The notes beneath the pieces are model-generated. The model worked only from the letters and a program-made list of their open reading frames with translations. It was not told the DNA's origin and did not search any database. The position numbers and the translations under genes are program-made. From contig OX597821.1 of assembly GCA_951406725.2 (NCBI GenBank), positions 1,984,001-2,048,000 of the forward strand: 64,000 nt of DNA, read 5' to 3'. Each line of letters begins with the position of its first letter. Position 1 is the stretch's first letter. Source of the DNA: Octopus vulgaris. Taxonomy: Eukaryota. Shown in pieces: positions 26,085 to 41,355 of this stretch.

Positions 26085-27830
26085 GAAAGCAATAGTTGTG
26101 AGGCTAGTGGTAATGGTGGTGGTGGTGGTGCTGGTCGTCATAGTAGTCCTTAGAGGTCGTGATGTTCATGCTGGTGGCCATGGTCATCGATCTTGTATCA
26201 ATTGTGATGGTGGTGGTGATGGCTGTAGTCGTAGTAGCGGAGATGGTGACGGCGATGATAGAAGTAGTGGTAGAGTGATCCAAGTAGCAGTGATCGTTTT
26301 GGCAGCGATGATGCTAGTTTTGGTAATAGTTTTCATAATAGCAGAAGTCAGGAATGTAGTGGTAGTAGTCGAGTTGTAGTGGCGGTAGTAGTGGTGGCGT
26401 TTGAGCCTGTTTTGGAGGGTTTAAACACATAACAACGGCCGCGTTTGTCAACGGGTTATTGATATATCAGCGTTAGTAGCGATTCTAGTGTTGGTTCTGG
26501 TAGTAGTGGTGATAGGGAGAGCAGATGTTATAGTTTAGGCTGTGGTTGCTGTCAATGTAGTATTAGTAGGGATCAGGGTCAGCCCAAGGGCTGCTGGCGC
26601 CCTAGGCAAGCTGAACTTCGGCCTTTACAAGCTGACGTTCGTCAAAATTTGCCTTTGTCACGCTCTCCTTGGCACCCCATAGCACATGGGGCCTCAGGCG
26701 ACTGCCGGTACCCTGAGCCGGCCCTGGGTGGGATGACTGTAATGGTGTTGGTGTCGGAGGAAGTTGTGGTGTTAGGTTTTGAAATGGCAGCAATAGCAAT
26801 GGTAGCAGTAGTCGTTGTTTTTGTGGTTGCGGTGGTGGTTACGATGGCGGTGCTGGTAGTTGTGTTGGTAGTTGTAGTAGTGGTTGTGGTAGTGGTGGAC
26901 GTTGTAGTGGTGGTAGTAGTGGAGGTTATGGTAGTTGCGGTGGTGGTGATGCTGGTGGCGGTGGTTGTGGTGGTAGTTGTAGTTGTAGTTGTAGTTGTTG
27001 TTGTGGTTGTGGTGGCGTTGGTCGTTATAGTAGTGGTGGCGGTGGATGTGGTGGTGATGGAAAGTAGTGGTGGCGGTGGTGGTTGTTGCAGTAGTGATGG
27101 AGGTGGTGTTAGTACAGATAGGTGTAAGAGATTGTGGTGGATGGTGGTTATGATAGCAGCGGTGTTGGCGGTGCTGACTGTAAAAATGCTAGTATTGGCG
27201 GTAGTCATAGCAACGAAGGTGGTTGTTGTAGTGATGGTAAGGATGATGGTGGCGGTAGTGGTAGTGGTGGAGGTTGTGGTGTTGGTTGTAGTTGGTGGTA
27301 GTGTTGTAATTGTAGCACTGATGGTCGTAATATCAGCAATGATGGAGATGGATTGATGGTAGTGGTGGTGGTGGTGGTGATGGTAAAGATGGTTTTGTTG
27401 ATGCTAGTGATGATAATAATGGTGGTGGTGGAAGTGGTGGCGGTGGTAGTGGTGGTGGTGATGTGGAGGTGGTAGTATAATAATGTTGTTTATAGTGGTG
27501 ATGATGGTGGTGGTGGTGGTGGCGATGGTAACGCGTCTTTGGGCTGCAAGGACGAGATTGTGGCGATGATGATATTGGTGACACCAAAGGCGGCGCTGGT
27601 GAAAATGGTTGCTTTGGCGGCGATGGTTGATGGTAGTGAAGACGACAATAACGGCGACACGACACTTACGAATAGCGATGAGAACATTGGTGGCCGAGGT
27701 GACGGTGGAAGTGATGCTGGAGACAGCGGTGGCAGAAGCTCTCATGATAATGTTGCTGCTGTTGTTGTTGTTGTTGTTGGTGTTGGTGGTGGTGGTGGTG
27801 ATGAAGATGACGGTGGCGAAGATGATGGAT
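26085..27830. repeat. Degenerate (GGT/GTA/GAT)n low-complexity region
   Basis: Trinucleotide-derived tract that produces spurious poly-V/poly-T ORFs. Confidence 0.9.
26574..26726. mobile_element. hAT-type MITE
   Basis: TIRs CAGGGTCAGCCCA / TGAGCCGGCCCTG and a degenerate 8-bp TSD gtagggat / ggtgggat. GC-rich relative to its flanks. Confidence 0.65.
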
Positions 27831-27997
27831 TCTGCTTCTTGTTTTTCTTTGCATGTATGTGTTCGTGTATGATATTTTGCTTTCATCTTAACGATGTGTT
27901 TGTATTGGCAATTAGATGTTGCTTTTCATGTTTGTAAACATTTTAGTTTCAAGGCCTCTTATGGCGCTGATTTAACATTTTGTCCGTCCTCATCCAC

Positions 27998-28032
<35 letters not shown>

Positions 28033-28057
28033 ATATATATATATCTATATATATCTG

Positions 28058-28116
<59 letters not shown>

Positions 28117-28124
28117 TTATCTGT

Positions 28125-28188
<64 letters not shown>

Positions 28189-28195
28189 GTATACA

Positions 28196-28227
<32 letters not shown>

Positions 28228-28254
28228 CATATATATCTGTATATTTATATACTT

Positions 28255-28305
<51 letters not shown>

Positions 28306-28568
28306 TAGTCTTCATTTATGTATATATATACACACACGCACACGCACACACACGCATACAGATGCCGGCGCATACGCGTGTTTATACACACGCATGTATT
28401 CCTAGTTTTATCTTCGTCATTGAAGTATTTCTTTTTTTGCCTGTTTCCTTTTTACGTATTCTATTTTTATTTTATTTTTATTTTTAAATATCTATTCTCT
28501 TGCTAAAACGATTAAGTCTGTATACCTGTCCATTTCTCTCTCACTCTCTCTTTACACACACACACACA

Positions 28569-28609
<41 letters not shown>

Positions 28610-28861
28610 ACATATCTTCATTGGTGTATAAGTTTCTATATCGATATCTATCTATGTATGCTTACACATTTACGCGTATATAAACGTAAGTTCCATTCTC
28701 TCTTCCTCTGTCTCTTCCCCCTATGTGTGCGTATGTACACATACACACACGCACATATATACATGTACGTATATACATAGATGCATAGATACATACATAC
28801 ATATATACACATCTATATATATATATATATATATATACATACATATAAATATAAATATAAA

Positions 28862-28955
<94 letters not shown>

Positions 28956-29517
28956 TACATATATAATTTGGGCTAGTGGAAGGATGAGACGGTTCTTATA
29001 GCCCTCGTATATTCTACATTTTTGTGAGATTGATGTTATCAAGGTTCCATTTAAAGTGTTGCATGTAGACAATTGCAAATATTTGAAGGGGGAAATTGCA
29101 GAGAGCAATATTCTGGAAAGCAATGATAGGATGCTGTTGTTGAGGTAGGAAAAGATATGAGTTTGAGATTAAGAGGAGTGAAATATGCCACTTTGTATTA
29201 CCTCCTTAGAGGAGCCCCGGTCATAGCAGTCTGTGTTCATAGATCATTATAGTAGGAAGAAATATTCGATTCTTTTCGTTTCTATTCAACACTTCTCGGC
29301 AGACATTATCCGATACTTCTCTTTACGTGTTTTCGTACATCCCTATCATACTACATCTGGGTACTAAATCTAACTCTGTAGATATTTTACCAGTTACATG
29401 TTTTGCGATTATTTTACTTAACTCGGGGACTAATAAAGTTGGTTAGCTGGCTTCCGTTGTGTAAAACGAACGGAATTATAAGATCCTCTACAGAATGAGA
29501 AGACAATATGTTACAGG

Positions 29518-29903
29518 CACTAGCGTAGCTTGAGCGTGCGCCGCCCGGCGCGGCCCTTCTGTTTGCCGCTCCCAGACCTCCTAAAAAGAAACAAATATTG
29601 GCTAGAAAAGGCGGCGAGCTGGCAGAAACTTTAGAATGCCGGAAGAAATGCTTCGCGGTATTTCGTTTGCCGTTATGTTCTGACTTAGCCCTTCATCCTT
29701 TGGGGGTCGATAAATTAAGTACCAGTTACGCACTGGGGTCGATGTCATCGACTTAATCCCTTTGTCTGTCCTTGTTTCCCCCTGTATGTTTAGCTCCTTG
29801 TGGGAAATAAAAAAATAAGAAACACATATTGGCTAGAGCAGACCCAAAAGTGCCACATGGGGTGAACCGCACCTACGCCCCAATCCCCTCAGCTACGCTA
29901 GTG
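29518..29903. mobile_element. hAT-type MITE containing a nested SINE C
   Basis: Perfect 13-bp TIRs CACTAGCGTAGCT / AGCTACGCTAGTG and a degenerate 8-bp TSD gttacagg / cttacggg. Confidence 0.75.
29607..29816 (+). mobile_element. SINE C with a 21-bp target-site duplication
   Basis: aagaaacaaatattggctaga (29586-29606) and aagaaacacatattggctaga (29817-29837). Confidence 0.85.
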
Positions 29904-31144
29904 CTTACGGGGTTCAAAGCAAGCAAATTTGTGCGGAGAGGGCAAGTGGATTACTTCGATTACATTTCTTGATCGGTACATTTTTTTACCAACCTCAGAC
30001 GGTTGAAATACAAATCGACATTTGTGGGATTTAAACTCGGAACTTCATCAGTTGAAAGTAATGCCACTAAGTATTTTGTCCGCCGTGCTAGCGATTCTCG
30101 CCCCCATTTTTTTCTCCTATTTCTCTATTTAAAAATAAGCATTCAATTTTACTCTTTTACTCTTTACTTTACTTCCCTAATAAAACGCTTCATATTCCAA
30201 CCATTGCAGATTCATCTATCACATTTCTCCTGATTTTCATGTGCTTCAAGTAAAAAAAATATTTTGATACTAGTTCCTTACAATCTTTATGACATGCCAT
30301 TCAAAATCCTCTCATTTTTTACCCCTGTTCTGTAATTTTTAACAATCACATCTTCTCTCACAAACTTGTATCTTATTCCTTTTCTTTCAGTCCTTTTCTT
30401 TCAGAGTTTTGTAATTCCGTTTTTTCTCAAATATCTCCCCGATCTATCGCATATACAATTATTTTCAATTCTTTTAATTCATTTCTTTTCGCCATTTAAA
30501 GGCACCACAAATTCATACATTTGCACGTATATCACGCAATCTGCATTACTTTTGCTTTCCATTTTGCCACACGCTCACGCTTCCTTGCAACTCCACACAC
30601 CTACACATTCTACACATACACACCTGAACATACACACACAACTCGCAGACACACACACACACACTTACGTTCGCCCTCACACACACACACATACAAATAC
30701 GCTCACAGACGATCAAAATTATCTCACACCTCATTAACCTGCGCCGTTATACTTCCTCACGTGATAAACCTAAATTCATGCACTCGTCCCCCATAAGAGC
30801 TCTCAGTATCTATATACTATATCTATCTCAAAACAGGCATCTGCATCTTACTTATCTCCCTTCAACAAATCCACTTCGAACCTCGCATCCAAATCCTCAA
30901 TCGTATTTTTCTCTTACTGATGGTCCTTCCTTCTCATTCGTCTTCGGCTTTCTCTGATAAACGACTGACTGCATTAGCTGTTAAGCTAAGAAAGTACTTA
31001 TTAAAAAATGTCCCTCCTGATTTTTTTTTTGTATTTTTATTCCCTGTATTAAAAAAATATAGATACATATATTTGTGCATAGATACGTGCATATACACAT
31101 ACTTACAGACACTCATGCACACATATACACACACGCACGCACTC

Positions 31145-31217
<73 letters not shown>

Positions 31218-31362
31218 TACATATATATGCACACACACATATATATAAATGTGTGTATGCCTGTATGTATGTAATATATGTACGTACGTCTGTGTATATA
31301 TATATATATCCATACGTACATATACATACACACACACACGCACATATATATATATATATGTA

Positions 31363-31582
31363 TAGGGTGGCCCAAAAGTAGGTTTACAGTTATTCAACCA
31401 TCTCTTTCGCATTCATATTTTAAGTATAAGAAAATATGAAACCATTATTCTATACTAATTTAGTTAATTATATCAAACAACCATTTCAGTTTGTAAGATA
31501 CAAATTTAAATGTAATAAAATGTTTTAAAAGAAATTTAAAGTGCCTGCCAGATATGAGTAAACCTACTTTGGGGCCACCCTG
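31363..31582. mobile_element. 220-bp Tc1/mariner-type MITE
   Basis: 25-bp TIRs tagggtggcccaaaagtaggtttac / gtaaacctactttggggccaccctg with TA on both flanks. Confidence 0.85.
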
Positions 31583-32997
31583 TAGGTACGGAGAAAAGAA
31601 CTTTGTTCCCATACAGGAAAGAATATACTTTTGGGGTTGAAAATACACCTGAGTATTGAGACTCGTGGTCGGTTTTAACATATTTATTCAAATAGTCTTT
31701 TTTTTATCAATGGTTGTAAAAGAAAAAGAAAATAATAGGGAAAACTCTGTAAAACATGCTTAGAAGATCAAATCTTTATACACATTCCAAAATTCAGTGA
31801 GTTTCACATTGATAGGCAGGAACACCTGTAGAAATGTTCGAAGAATTTCACAACAGCCATTCATGATTGAAATTTCAGTAATATTGAGTTATATTAACAA
31901 TTAGATACGAAAAACTATTGAAAAGAGATGGTGAGAAACAAAAGCAAAAAGAGAAAGAAAAAAGTTATTTTCACAACTTATGTCGTAGAGCATCAAGGAG
32001 GATTCCTAGTCGCTGGTTGCGTTGGTAGCATTTTGACTGCTTCGAGTTAGAATTCCTTCGTAACTATATATAATATTTCTACGTAAATTTTTGATTGGTG
32101 GTAAATTGAATAATGTGAAGTATTTTCTCCGTCTGTAGTCTATTATTTGGGTTGCTTCTTATTTCGGATGTTTTGGTAAAATATTTTTGCTTGGCAGAGG
32201 TCCAGCATTCTGGTTGGTTGACTTACTACTGGTGTCATATGTTGGTCGACTGTTTCGACACCTTAGTTTTGACAAGTGGAGATCCAGTACTCTGGCTGGA
32301 TGATTGTCTTTAAATTTTGTCAAAGGATTTGATAGCTTACTTTTGTCAGACAGTCGTACAACTTTCCAGCTGGTTGATTTCCTTAAGGAGCCGCTGGTTT
32401 CGGTCAGCTCAATGCTTATTTGCTTTATGTTGAGGGTCCGGTTTTGACCATTAAAAAGCTTAGAATGATGTTAGCGACTTCTGTAAGGTGCATTTTCAAT
32501 AAATATACACTTACATATACATATATATCTATGTAAGTGATTACGTAAGTGGTAACAACGAAACCGGTTTGTGATTAATCTGTATATTTTGTATCTTTTC
32601 ATTTGTCTTGCTCGCTTGCGTTCAGGCGTTTTCTAAATTTTCTTGAGAACATTCCATTCTGAATGTTATGACCATAGGGGGTCGACTTTTAGCATAACAG
32701 ATGTCCACTTAGTGGTCACCCCTCTTATATGTATATAATATAATTTTTCTGAATCTTCAGATTTTTCCATATGCTAGGCCACTGGGTTTAAATTCATATT
32801 AATCAAATTAATATCCAATTTTTTACACATATTATTTTAAATTTAAATAGAAAATAACTATATTCTCTAACCGGAAAAATTCACTGCAGAGAATTATTTT
32901 CTGCAGTATTATTTCCAGTATTTTGACGCGCCAAAACGAAGACTTTTGAAATATAACCCCAAATGTAAATGATAGAACTATATACATGTTCACTCTC

Positions 32998-33055
<58 letters not shown>

Positions 33056-33869
33056 ACTGTTTATATATATATATATAAGGACTGTTTCAACGAAGTCGCG
33101 TCTTGTCCTTACCTTTGGAACGCGGAGTAGACGAAACAGGGACAACTGAAGAAGGGGAATATTCCTTGTGTTGTATGTCTTGTTTCTTTGTTTTATTTGT
33201 TGTTTGAAAAAAAATATTCGTTTCTATGCTTTTGTTTTTATGTTTTCGTTTCACATTGTGTTTAACGTTTTATTTACGTCCTGTACCCATAAATGCATGT
33301 ATATATACATATATATGTAGGTATGAACATATATGTATGTATATATGCATATATTTATATATTTATATATTATTTATATTATTATTGTATATGTATAAAT
33401 ATACCGAAATTGCGAGGATGATCTGTGTGTGCATGTATACAATACAAATTATATATTAGCGTATCACAGGTTCTATTTGAGGGGCAAAATTTATTAGCCT
33501 AGATAGGGATTTTCTGAATAGCACCTAAGACTATTATAAATACTAATTTTTAAAATCCAGTTCACCACGGTTTGATCTGTATTTGAGCCTCATCAGAAAT
33601 AGAATGCAATTTCAATTTTTTATCCCCATAGAACTATAACGTGACTACATTACTCTGCATAAGTTAGATAAAAATGTAATCATTGATGACATTGTTTTTG
33701 TAGAGTATTATAAACACATAAGGTAAAAAGAACATATAAGATCAATATGTGGTCGTGTGTATATAGTAAAATCATATCGCAGAATCGTTGTAAATAGACA
33801 CTGTAGTTAGATCACGTGGTTCATTCTCTGTGGAGTGAAAAATCTATTGATGTGACTAGATTTAAGATT

Positions 33870-34623
33870 GATTAACGTCTCATCAGTGATTGATTATTGT
33901 CTGTTGTGTAAACAAACTTTTTCCGTGGCGATTGTAAAAAATATTTGTTTATTAAAATCAATCAATCGTGACTTTACCTTATGTTTATATCCAACGATCT
34001 ATGCAGAGCTTGTATTTGTTCCAACACGCATACAAGCACGAAGGCGCAGGCGCTACACATAATAACCAGTGGGGGCGCAGTCTGGGGAGTTGGTGGCCAG
34101 ATGTTACGCGTGGCGAGGTCGCAGATATTGTCTGACAGCCATGAGTGGGTTCTCCTGCTTGTGTGGCATGATACAACATCCTGTTGTCAGACATAGTGCC
34201 TTCCAGTAGTCACCATCTTGACCCAGGGCATCACTACCTCCACCAAGCTCTTGATGTAGGCCTCCGTGTTGAGTCTGATGCCGTGTGAGAAGATGAATGA
34301 AGGCACAACGTCACCGTCAGTACTAAACTCTCTAAAATCATGAAGTCGAGTGGATATTTGATTTTTATCACCCTCGGTACATGTCCTCAAATTGCACTGT
34401 CCACTAATTGACATTAAAAGACTCCGACGCGAATACCAAGCAGTACTATATGTCGTTTAAAATTTTTTGGCAGGGATGATTGCGTCATGGTACTGTATTC
34501 GTCACAGACAGTGCCCACCTGGCCCTACTATACTGAGTACTGGATAACATCAAATTACCAAGAATGCGCATGGGTGAAATTAAAAAATATAAAATGGTGA
34601 CAATTTACCTATCGCACCCTCTG
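33870..34623 (-). pseudogene. Internally deleted Tc1/mariner-superfamily transposase (maT/rosa-like)
   Basis: DGDVVPSFIFSHGIRLNTEAYIKSLVEVVMPWV...YV*QQD..SCHTSRRTHSWLSDN...IWPP, with a TIR-like end cagagggtgcgatagg at ~34623. Confidence 0.8.
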
Positions 34624-34647
34624 TGTGTGTGTGTATATATATGTATA

Positions 34648-34685
<38 letters not shown>

Positions 34686-34808
34686 CATACATACAAATAT
34701 ATATACATACATATATAAATATATGTATATGTATACATACTTATATATATATGTATGTATGTATATATGTATATTATATATATATTACACACACACACAC
34801 ACATATAC

Positions 34809-34840
<32 letters not shown>

Positions 34841-35424
34841 GCATATTATATTTCCAATAGAGAAAAATCGAAAAAAAGAGCATTTATTCAGAGATAGCGT
34901 TACTTTCGAGTCACAGATTTTATTTTAGTCAAACAATGGATACTAACTTTTTCTGAAGGAAAATAAAAAACAAAACGGAGAACATATCGAAAATTACTCC
35001 ACATTTCAACAATATTTTTAGAAAAATTATTGATATCTTTGCACAACAACTACAAAATTGCAAGGAAATAAAATATTTCTTCAGCCGTTTCTTTCTTTCT
35101 TTTGAGCCTTCAGTCTTCAGTGCTGTCTTCTATCCTTTAGCAAACGCCTATTATTTTACGGCTTACTTACTCCACGCCATTCTCTTCAAATGTGACAAAA
35201 AACTGTTTTTGCTTCCGAAATATAATTTTTTCCAAATTTACGAATTGCAAATATTTTTTATATTCTATCGAAAGAATTTATTATGTCATTTTTATATCAT
35301 CACTTTTTTCAATATTTTACCAATTATTATTATTTATTTTAATATTTCAAACTATAGTCTCTACATTTATTGTTTCCCGATGAAGAATTTTAACATAAGA
35401 ACAAAATAGTCTCACTCAATCCAT

Positions 35425-35455
35425 CTCTCTCTCTCTCTATCTATCTCTCTATCTC

Positions 35456-35514
<59 letters not shown>

Positions 35515-35521
35515 CTCTCAC

Positions 35522-35578
<57 letters not shown>

Positions 35579-35659
35579 CTAATATAATCTGTCTATCTAT
35601 CTATGTCTATCCAACTATCTATCTATCTCTCTATCTATCTCTCTATCTATCTATCTATG

Positions 35660-35756
<97 letters not shown>

Positions 35757-35790
35757 GTCTATCCAACTATCTATCTATCTGTCTATCCAA
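35425..35790. repeat. (CTAT)n microsatellite
   Basis: Read directly from the sequence. Confidence 0.95.
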
Positions 35791-35935
35791 CACTCTATAT
35801 TATCTCTCAATTTATTATTCTTTTACTTCTCTGTATGTCCCAACCACATCCTCGTCCTTTGATATGTCTATTCTATTTCAAATATGTCGCTATATACAAC
35901 CGCCAACATTAATACGTAACCCATTATATTTATGC

Positions 35936-35972
<37 letters not shown>

Positions 35973-36162
35973 CACACACAAATATATATACATCCCATCC
36001 CACCCCTACCACATCCTTTAGAACCCACCCTTTCTTCCCCCTTTCTCGCCTGCCCCACACCTCAACACCACCACACCACCGATCACTTCTCAGCACCCAC
36101 ACGAGCGCACACCCGAGTACTGACCACTTCCCAGCACCTACACTATCATCCACACACGTGTG

Positions 36163-36545
36163 GAAGCACTCCGTCGGTTACGACGATGAGGGTTCCGGTT
36201 GATCCGATCAACGGAACAGCCTGCTCGTGAAATTAACGTGTAAGTGTCTGAGCACTCCACAGACACGTGTACCCTTAACGTAGTTCTCGGGGATATTCAG
36301 CGTGACACAGAGAGTGACAAGGCCGGCCCTTTGAAATACAGGTACAACAGAAACAGGAAGTAAGAGTGAGAGAAAGTTGTGGTGAAAGAGTACAGCAGGG
36401 ATCACCACCATCCCTGCCGGAACTTGGTGGAGCTTTAGGTGTTTTCGCTCAAAAAACACTCACAACGCCCGGTCTGGGAATCGAAACCGCGATCCTATGA
36501 CCGCGCGTCCGCTGCCCTAACCACTGAGCCATTGCGCCTCCACCT
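36163..36545 (-). mobile_element. tRNA-derived SINE family B, young full-length copy
   Basis: Head GGTGGAGGCGCAATGGCTCAGTGGTTAGGGCAGCGG...GGTTTCGATTCCC with A and B boxes. Homologs at 44156, 7345, 41695 and 48545. Confidence 0.9.
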
Positions 36546-36703
36546 ACGACCGCGCGTACACATGCACACACTCGTCAAGGTCACCAGCCCCTTTCCACAC
36601 GCACATACACGCTCTCACATATACACGCACGAGCACCACTAGTTTATCATCTGCCCTTTTTCCTAGCTCTACTGTGTCATCCCTCTGTCCGGCATTCGCC
36701 ATG

Positions 36704-36860
36704 ATAGATCGCTATCCACTAAACCCTTTTCTATTTTCTCTCCCTGTTTATTTTTGTGTTCGTTTCTGTCGGAGGGCGTGGGTATGAAACGTAAAAGACT
36801 TTCTCACCTCCCAAGCGTTAAACTAATACATCTGTTTGTTGTTTACACACCCGTCTTCGT
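36704..36860 (+). mobile_element. Copy of the 17611 family with a degenerate HHR-like motif (36762-36797)
   Basis: gtttctgtcggagggcgtgggtatgaaacgtaaaag, plus shared flanks. Confidence 0.65.
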
Positions 36861-37313
36861 ATATAAATCTCTGAGTGAGGTATAAATAGTAGCAATACGG
36901 AATCGTAACATATAATTACCAGCCAAGTGTAGCGTCCTATACAGTGTTACTGACGTCTATAGCCCCAGGAAGACATTTCTTCCAGCTGGCTAACGACACA
37001 TATTCTCTCTCTCTCTCTCTGTCTATCTATCTTTACACACACACACACACACACCCTCACACACGCTTTTATATATATATATATATATATATTAATCAAT
37101 ATAGGGTGGCAAAAAAAGAAGATTGGCTTGATTTAATTTAATCAGGTTAGTTTACCATTAATCAGCAGATGAAACGGTATATCGTATAAGAAATTACAGG
37201 GTAAATGTTTTTAAATTTTCTCCTGGTTTACTGAATTAACTTTTATTTGCGGTTGAAGCTTTGGCTGTTATTTCTAGTGGGTGAATGGCCTATTATGGCC
37301 GTTCCTTTATTGT

Positions 37314-37364
<51 letters not shown>

Positions 37365-37769
37365 CATATCTGAATCTGTATATAAATACTTCTCTCTTCT
37401 TTGGGAATCACCCTGATTGCATGTTATGTAACTGTAATATCCCCTACACTTGCCTTCAATGTTTGCACTACTTAGCCTTTCATGCAAACTCTCTCGACTA
37501 ACACTCTCTCATCTTATCACTACTTCCTCTCAAACCTTACTTGACTTTCTCTCTCACTCTATGCCTGTGTCTCTCTGTGTCGCACACGCACACTTTCTTT
37601 TCATTCTTTGATATTTTCTGTTTTTTTTAAAATGTTTATCGTATACTTCTGTTTGGCAAGGTTATTCCTTCTGCAAGATACTTCCTCGTGTGCAACCCTC
37701 AATATATTCAATGCCATTTGGGCAATCGCAGTATGTCTGCAAAGTTGGATGAGTACGATAGAGATTAAG

Positions 37770-37834
37770 ATGGTGATGATGGTTATGATTATGGTAGTGG
37801 CTTTTGTGGTGACGATGATGATGATGATGATGAA

Positions 37835-37893
<59 letters not shown>

Positions 37894-39065
37894 CGAGGAG
37901 GAAGGGATGAGCAGGTTGAGGATGAGGATGATGGTAATGATGATGTTGATGTGAATGACGAGGATGAGGATGGTCAGTTGGATGCTGCTGCTGCTGATGA
38001 TGATGATGATGATAATAACGATAGCAAGGAGGATGAGGATGAACATATTTCAGGATGATGATGACGATGTGGATGATGTAGTGGAAGAAGATGGTGAGGA
38101 TGGTGAAGATGAGGAGGATGAGGATGGTGAGGTGGATGGAGATGATGACGAGTAAGACGCGCACTGATGGGGGTGATAATGATGATGATGAAGTGGATTA
38201 TATATGTTGATGGTGATGATGGTGATTACGTGGATAATGGGTGATGACGGATGATGATAAAAGATGATGTTGATGATGATGATGATGATGATGATATAGA
38301 GAAAGAAGAGAATGAAGAGAACAAGGAGGAGGACGACGTGTATAACGACGACGACGATGGCGGTGAGGATGTCTATGACAACAATAACCTCGTCGATAAT
38401 GACGGCGTCGACAGTATTAATGAAGGCGATGGTGATGATGGTGGTGATGATGATGTTGACGACCATGAGGTGATGCTGCTGCTGCTGCTGCTGATGATGA
38501 TGATGATGTTCAAGATGACGACTCAGGATTCAAAGAAAATGTAATGAAAATGATAGGGATCCAGACAGATATGGTTGATAATTAAGATAGGGGTAGATGA
38601 GGGAGAGCAGGCAGGGAAAGAGAAAGACGGGTTGGGCAGGAGCTGGTCGAGGAGAACGGTGACAATTACGAATTGTCTAATTACTATTATGATAAAACTC
38701 TTGATCATGTTAATAGTCTTGGTTGAGATCCTCTGCCTCCGTCTCCTCGTCCTTCTTCTTTTCCTCCCCCTCATCTCTCCCCCCTCCCCACCATCAGCAA
38801 CACAATTATCAATTTCTACTCATTACTACTTCTTCTTCTTCTTCTTTTACTTTTTCTTCTTCTTCTGCTCCTTGGTCTTCTTACTCTCCTACATCTCCAT
38901 CTTCTCATCTCTTCCACTTCTTCCTCCCATTCCTCGTCAACATTTTCTTTTTCATTCCTCTTCTTTCTTCTTCTTCTTCTTCTTCTTCTTCTTCTTCTTC
39001 TTCTTCTTTTTCTTCCTCTTCTTTCTTCTTCTTCTTCTTCTTCTTCTTCTCCACCTCCTTCCTCT
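37770..39065. repeat. (GAT)n-derived and (TTC)n low-complexity tracts
   Basis: Read directly; the poly-M/D/F/S ORFs here are artefacts. Confidence 0.9.
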
Positions 39066-39794
39066 TCATCTCTCTTTATATCTCTTTCGTTATATAATAT
39101 ACTCATACATACATATACATATATATATATACATATGTGTGTGTGTCTGGTTTGTTCCTTCCTGCTCTTTCTTCATATCATCTTTCCCGCTTTCGGTTTC
39201 ACCCACCCTTACAAACTTCTACGCCGCTCACACAGCTCCGCTTTCACATCTCTCTTTCTCTCTCTCTCGCTCTCTCTCTCTTTCTTTCTGTCTGTCTGTC
39301 TCTCTCTCTCTCTTCACCGCCCATTGAAAGCCCGATAACCTGCTTGCATGCCGTGTTATTCAATTGCTTGCTATCTCTGTATCGTTTGTTTCCTACTAAC
39401 GTTTTCCTTTACACACTTACCTTCCTCTCTTAAACGCCATTGTTTCTTCGTTCTCGCCATTCTGTTTCCGGTCCTTATCCATAGAAAACCATTTGGAAAG
39501 AAACTATTTGATTATCTTAACAATGAAATTATGTTCATTGTTAAATACCATTGCTTTGCATGCATCGTATAATATTTTGTGGAGGTACGGCTCGTGATAA
39601 TGTGATGAAAAGGGATTGTATAGTTGGCTTTGCTGTAATTAGTGTTGCTGATAGAGATGAAGACGGCTGTGGTAGAGGTGGTGCAGGTGGTAGGTACCGG
39701 TGGTGGTAGTGGTACTGGTGGTTGTGGTGATGGTGCTGTTTGTGGTGGTGGCGACGTTGGTTGTGATATACATACATATATGTATATGTATATG

Positions 39795-39833
<39 letters not shown>

Positions 39834-39858
39834 CATATATACATACATATATATGTAT

Positions 39859-39915
<57 letters not shown>

Positions 39916-41295
39916 ATATGTGTGTATGTGATGTTGCTAGGGGATGTATTGACGCATGGGTAATAACGACGGCGATGCAGATAGATGATGGCGGCAGAGT
40001 TGGCGATGTTGGACGTGTGTGTGGACGATGGTGGTGGACCCGGGAATGGCGGTGGCGCTCATTCCGTGTATCGCTGTTGTAGTCGAGAATGATACGTCTG
40101 CAAATGATGGCGATGGCGCGACTGGTCTTCGTAATAGCGTTGCTGTTATGAAAGAATGAAATAGTGCTACCGATGACGGCGGCTGCGGATGCTGTTGCAG
40201 CAATGGTAGTGATGGTGGTACTGATGCTGATGAGGGCTTTGGGTATATGGTGGTGGACATACTGGTGTTTCTTTATAATGTTATTCTTGTGCATGTTGTT
40301 GTTGCGTATGGTGGGTATAGGTTTGCTCCGTTGTTGCAATAAAAGCGGAGACCACGTCGGTGATGATGACGATGATGATGCTAACGGTTTTGATGATGTG
40401 GGCGGTAGTGGTGATGACGGCAGTGGTGGTGGCCGGGGGGCTGTTAATATCGGCGGTGGTGATGATGGCAGTAGTACTGACGGTGGCGGTGTTGATGGCA
40501 GTGGTTGTGGTGATGGCTGTGGTGGCGATACCATTAGTAATGGGGATGATGGTGGTGGTGACGGATGTCGTGAGTCTGGCGGTAAAGAGAGTTAGGACTT
40601 TTATAATAGCTGTACTTCTGGACACGGGCTAAACTCGATAGATACAGTGGTGAAAATGGTTTTCTCTTTTCTTTTTTCCTGTTACTATTATTATTTACCT
40701 ACACCCCCCGCCCAGCATAAAGGGCATTGCAGCCTTGACCATCTCATCGCATACTCATATTTGATGAACCCAGAACTACATTATCCATCGAGTCCCTTAC
40801 TAAAACAATGAACTGTTATATGGAGTTAATTTGGTTGCCATTTCTAGGGCGTTTATCGACCATCAACTGGTTCCATCGTTGATTATGATTCTGGTGATTA
40901 TAGTAAAATTGATGTTAGTGTTGTCAATGTTGCTGTCGGGCTTACTACTTTTGTTGCTTGCAATGTTGGTCATGATATAAGCTACTGTGCTTCCTCTTAC
41001 CATGTCATAGATGATGCTCCTGATAGTGGTTATGATGATATTTCTATAAATATAATATATGACAATTATTCGGTAGCCATGATAAAACTCCAAGTTTCGG
41101 ATGTCTAAAATTTTTATTACCCTGGTATTATTAATTATATATATGATTATTACATACATATAAGAGGGAATTCCATCACTATGTGCATAGTGGGAAAATT
41201 CCCTCTTATATATATGTAACAGTTTTTTTTATATGCTAGACCACCGGTGTTAAAACTGATGTTATCAAATTAATATCCAATTTTTCAACCTCATT

Positions 41296-41351
<56 letters not shown>

Positions 41352-41355
<4 letters not shown>

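Noticed and set aside
26642-27937. Mucin-like poly-T, poly-V and poly-Q ORFs (also 37600-40630 and 42690-43300)
   Set aside because: Trinucleotide low-complexity DNA open on both strands, with no domain or convincing exon structure.
33100-33170. CGAAAC and CTGAAGA close together (relative at ~3770-3810)
   Set aside because: I could not assemble stems I-III and a cleavage triplet in any hammerhead topology.
33558-33595. Minus-strand CTGATGA...AAACCGTGGT hammerhead-like trace
   Set aside because: GAAA box and stem II are too degraded to call.
36470-36545. tRNA gene
   Set aside because: It is the tRNA-like head of a multi-copy SINE and has no proper acceptor stem.
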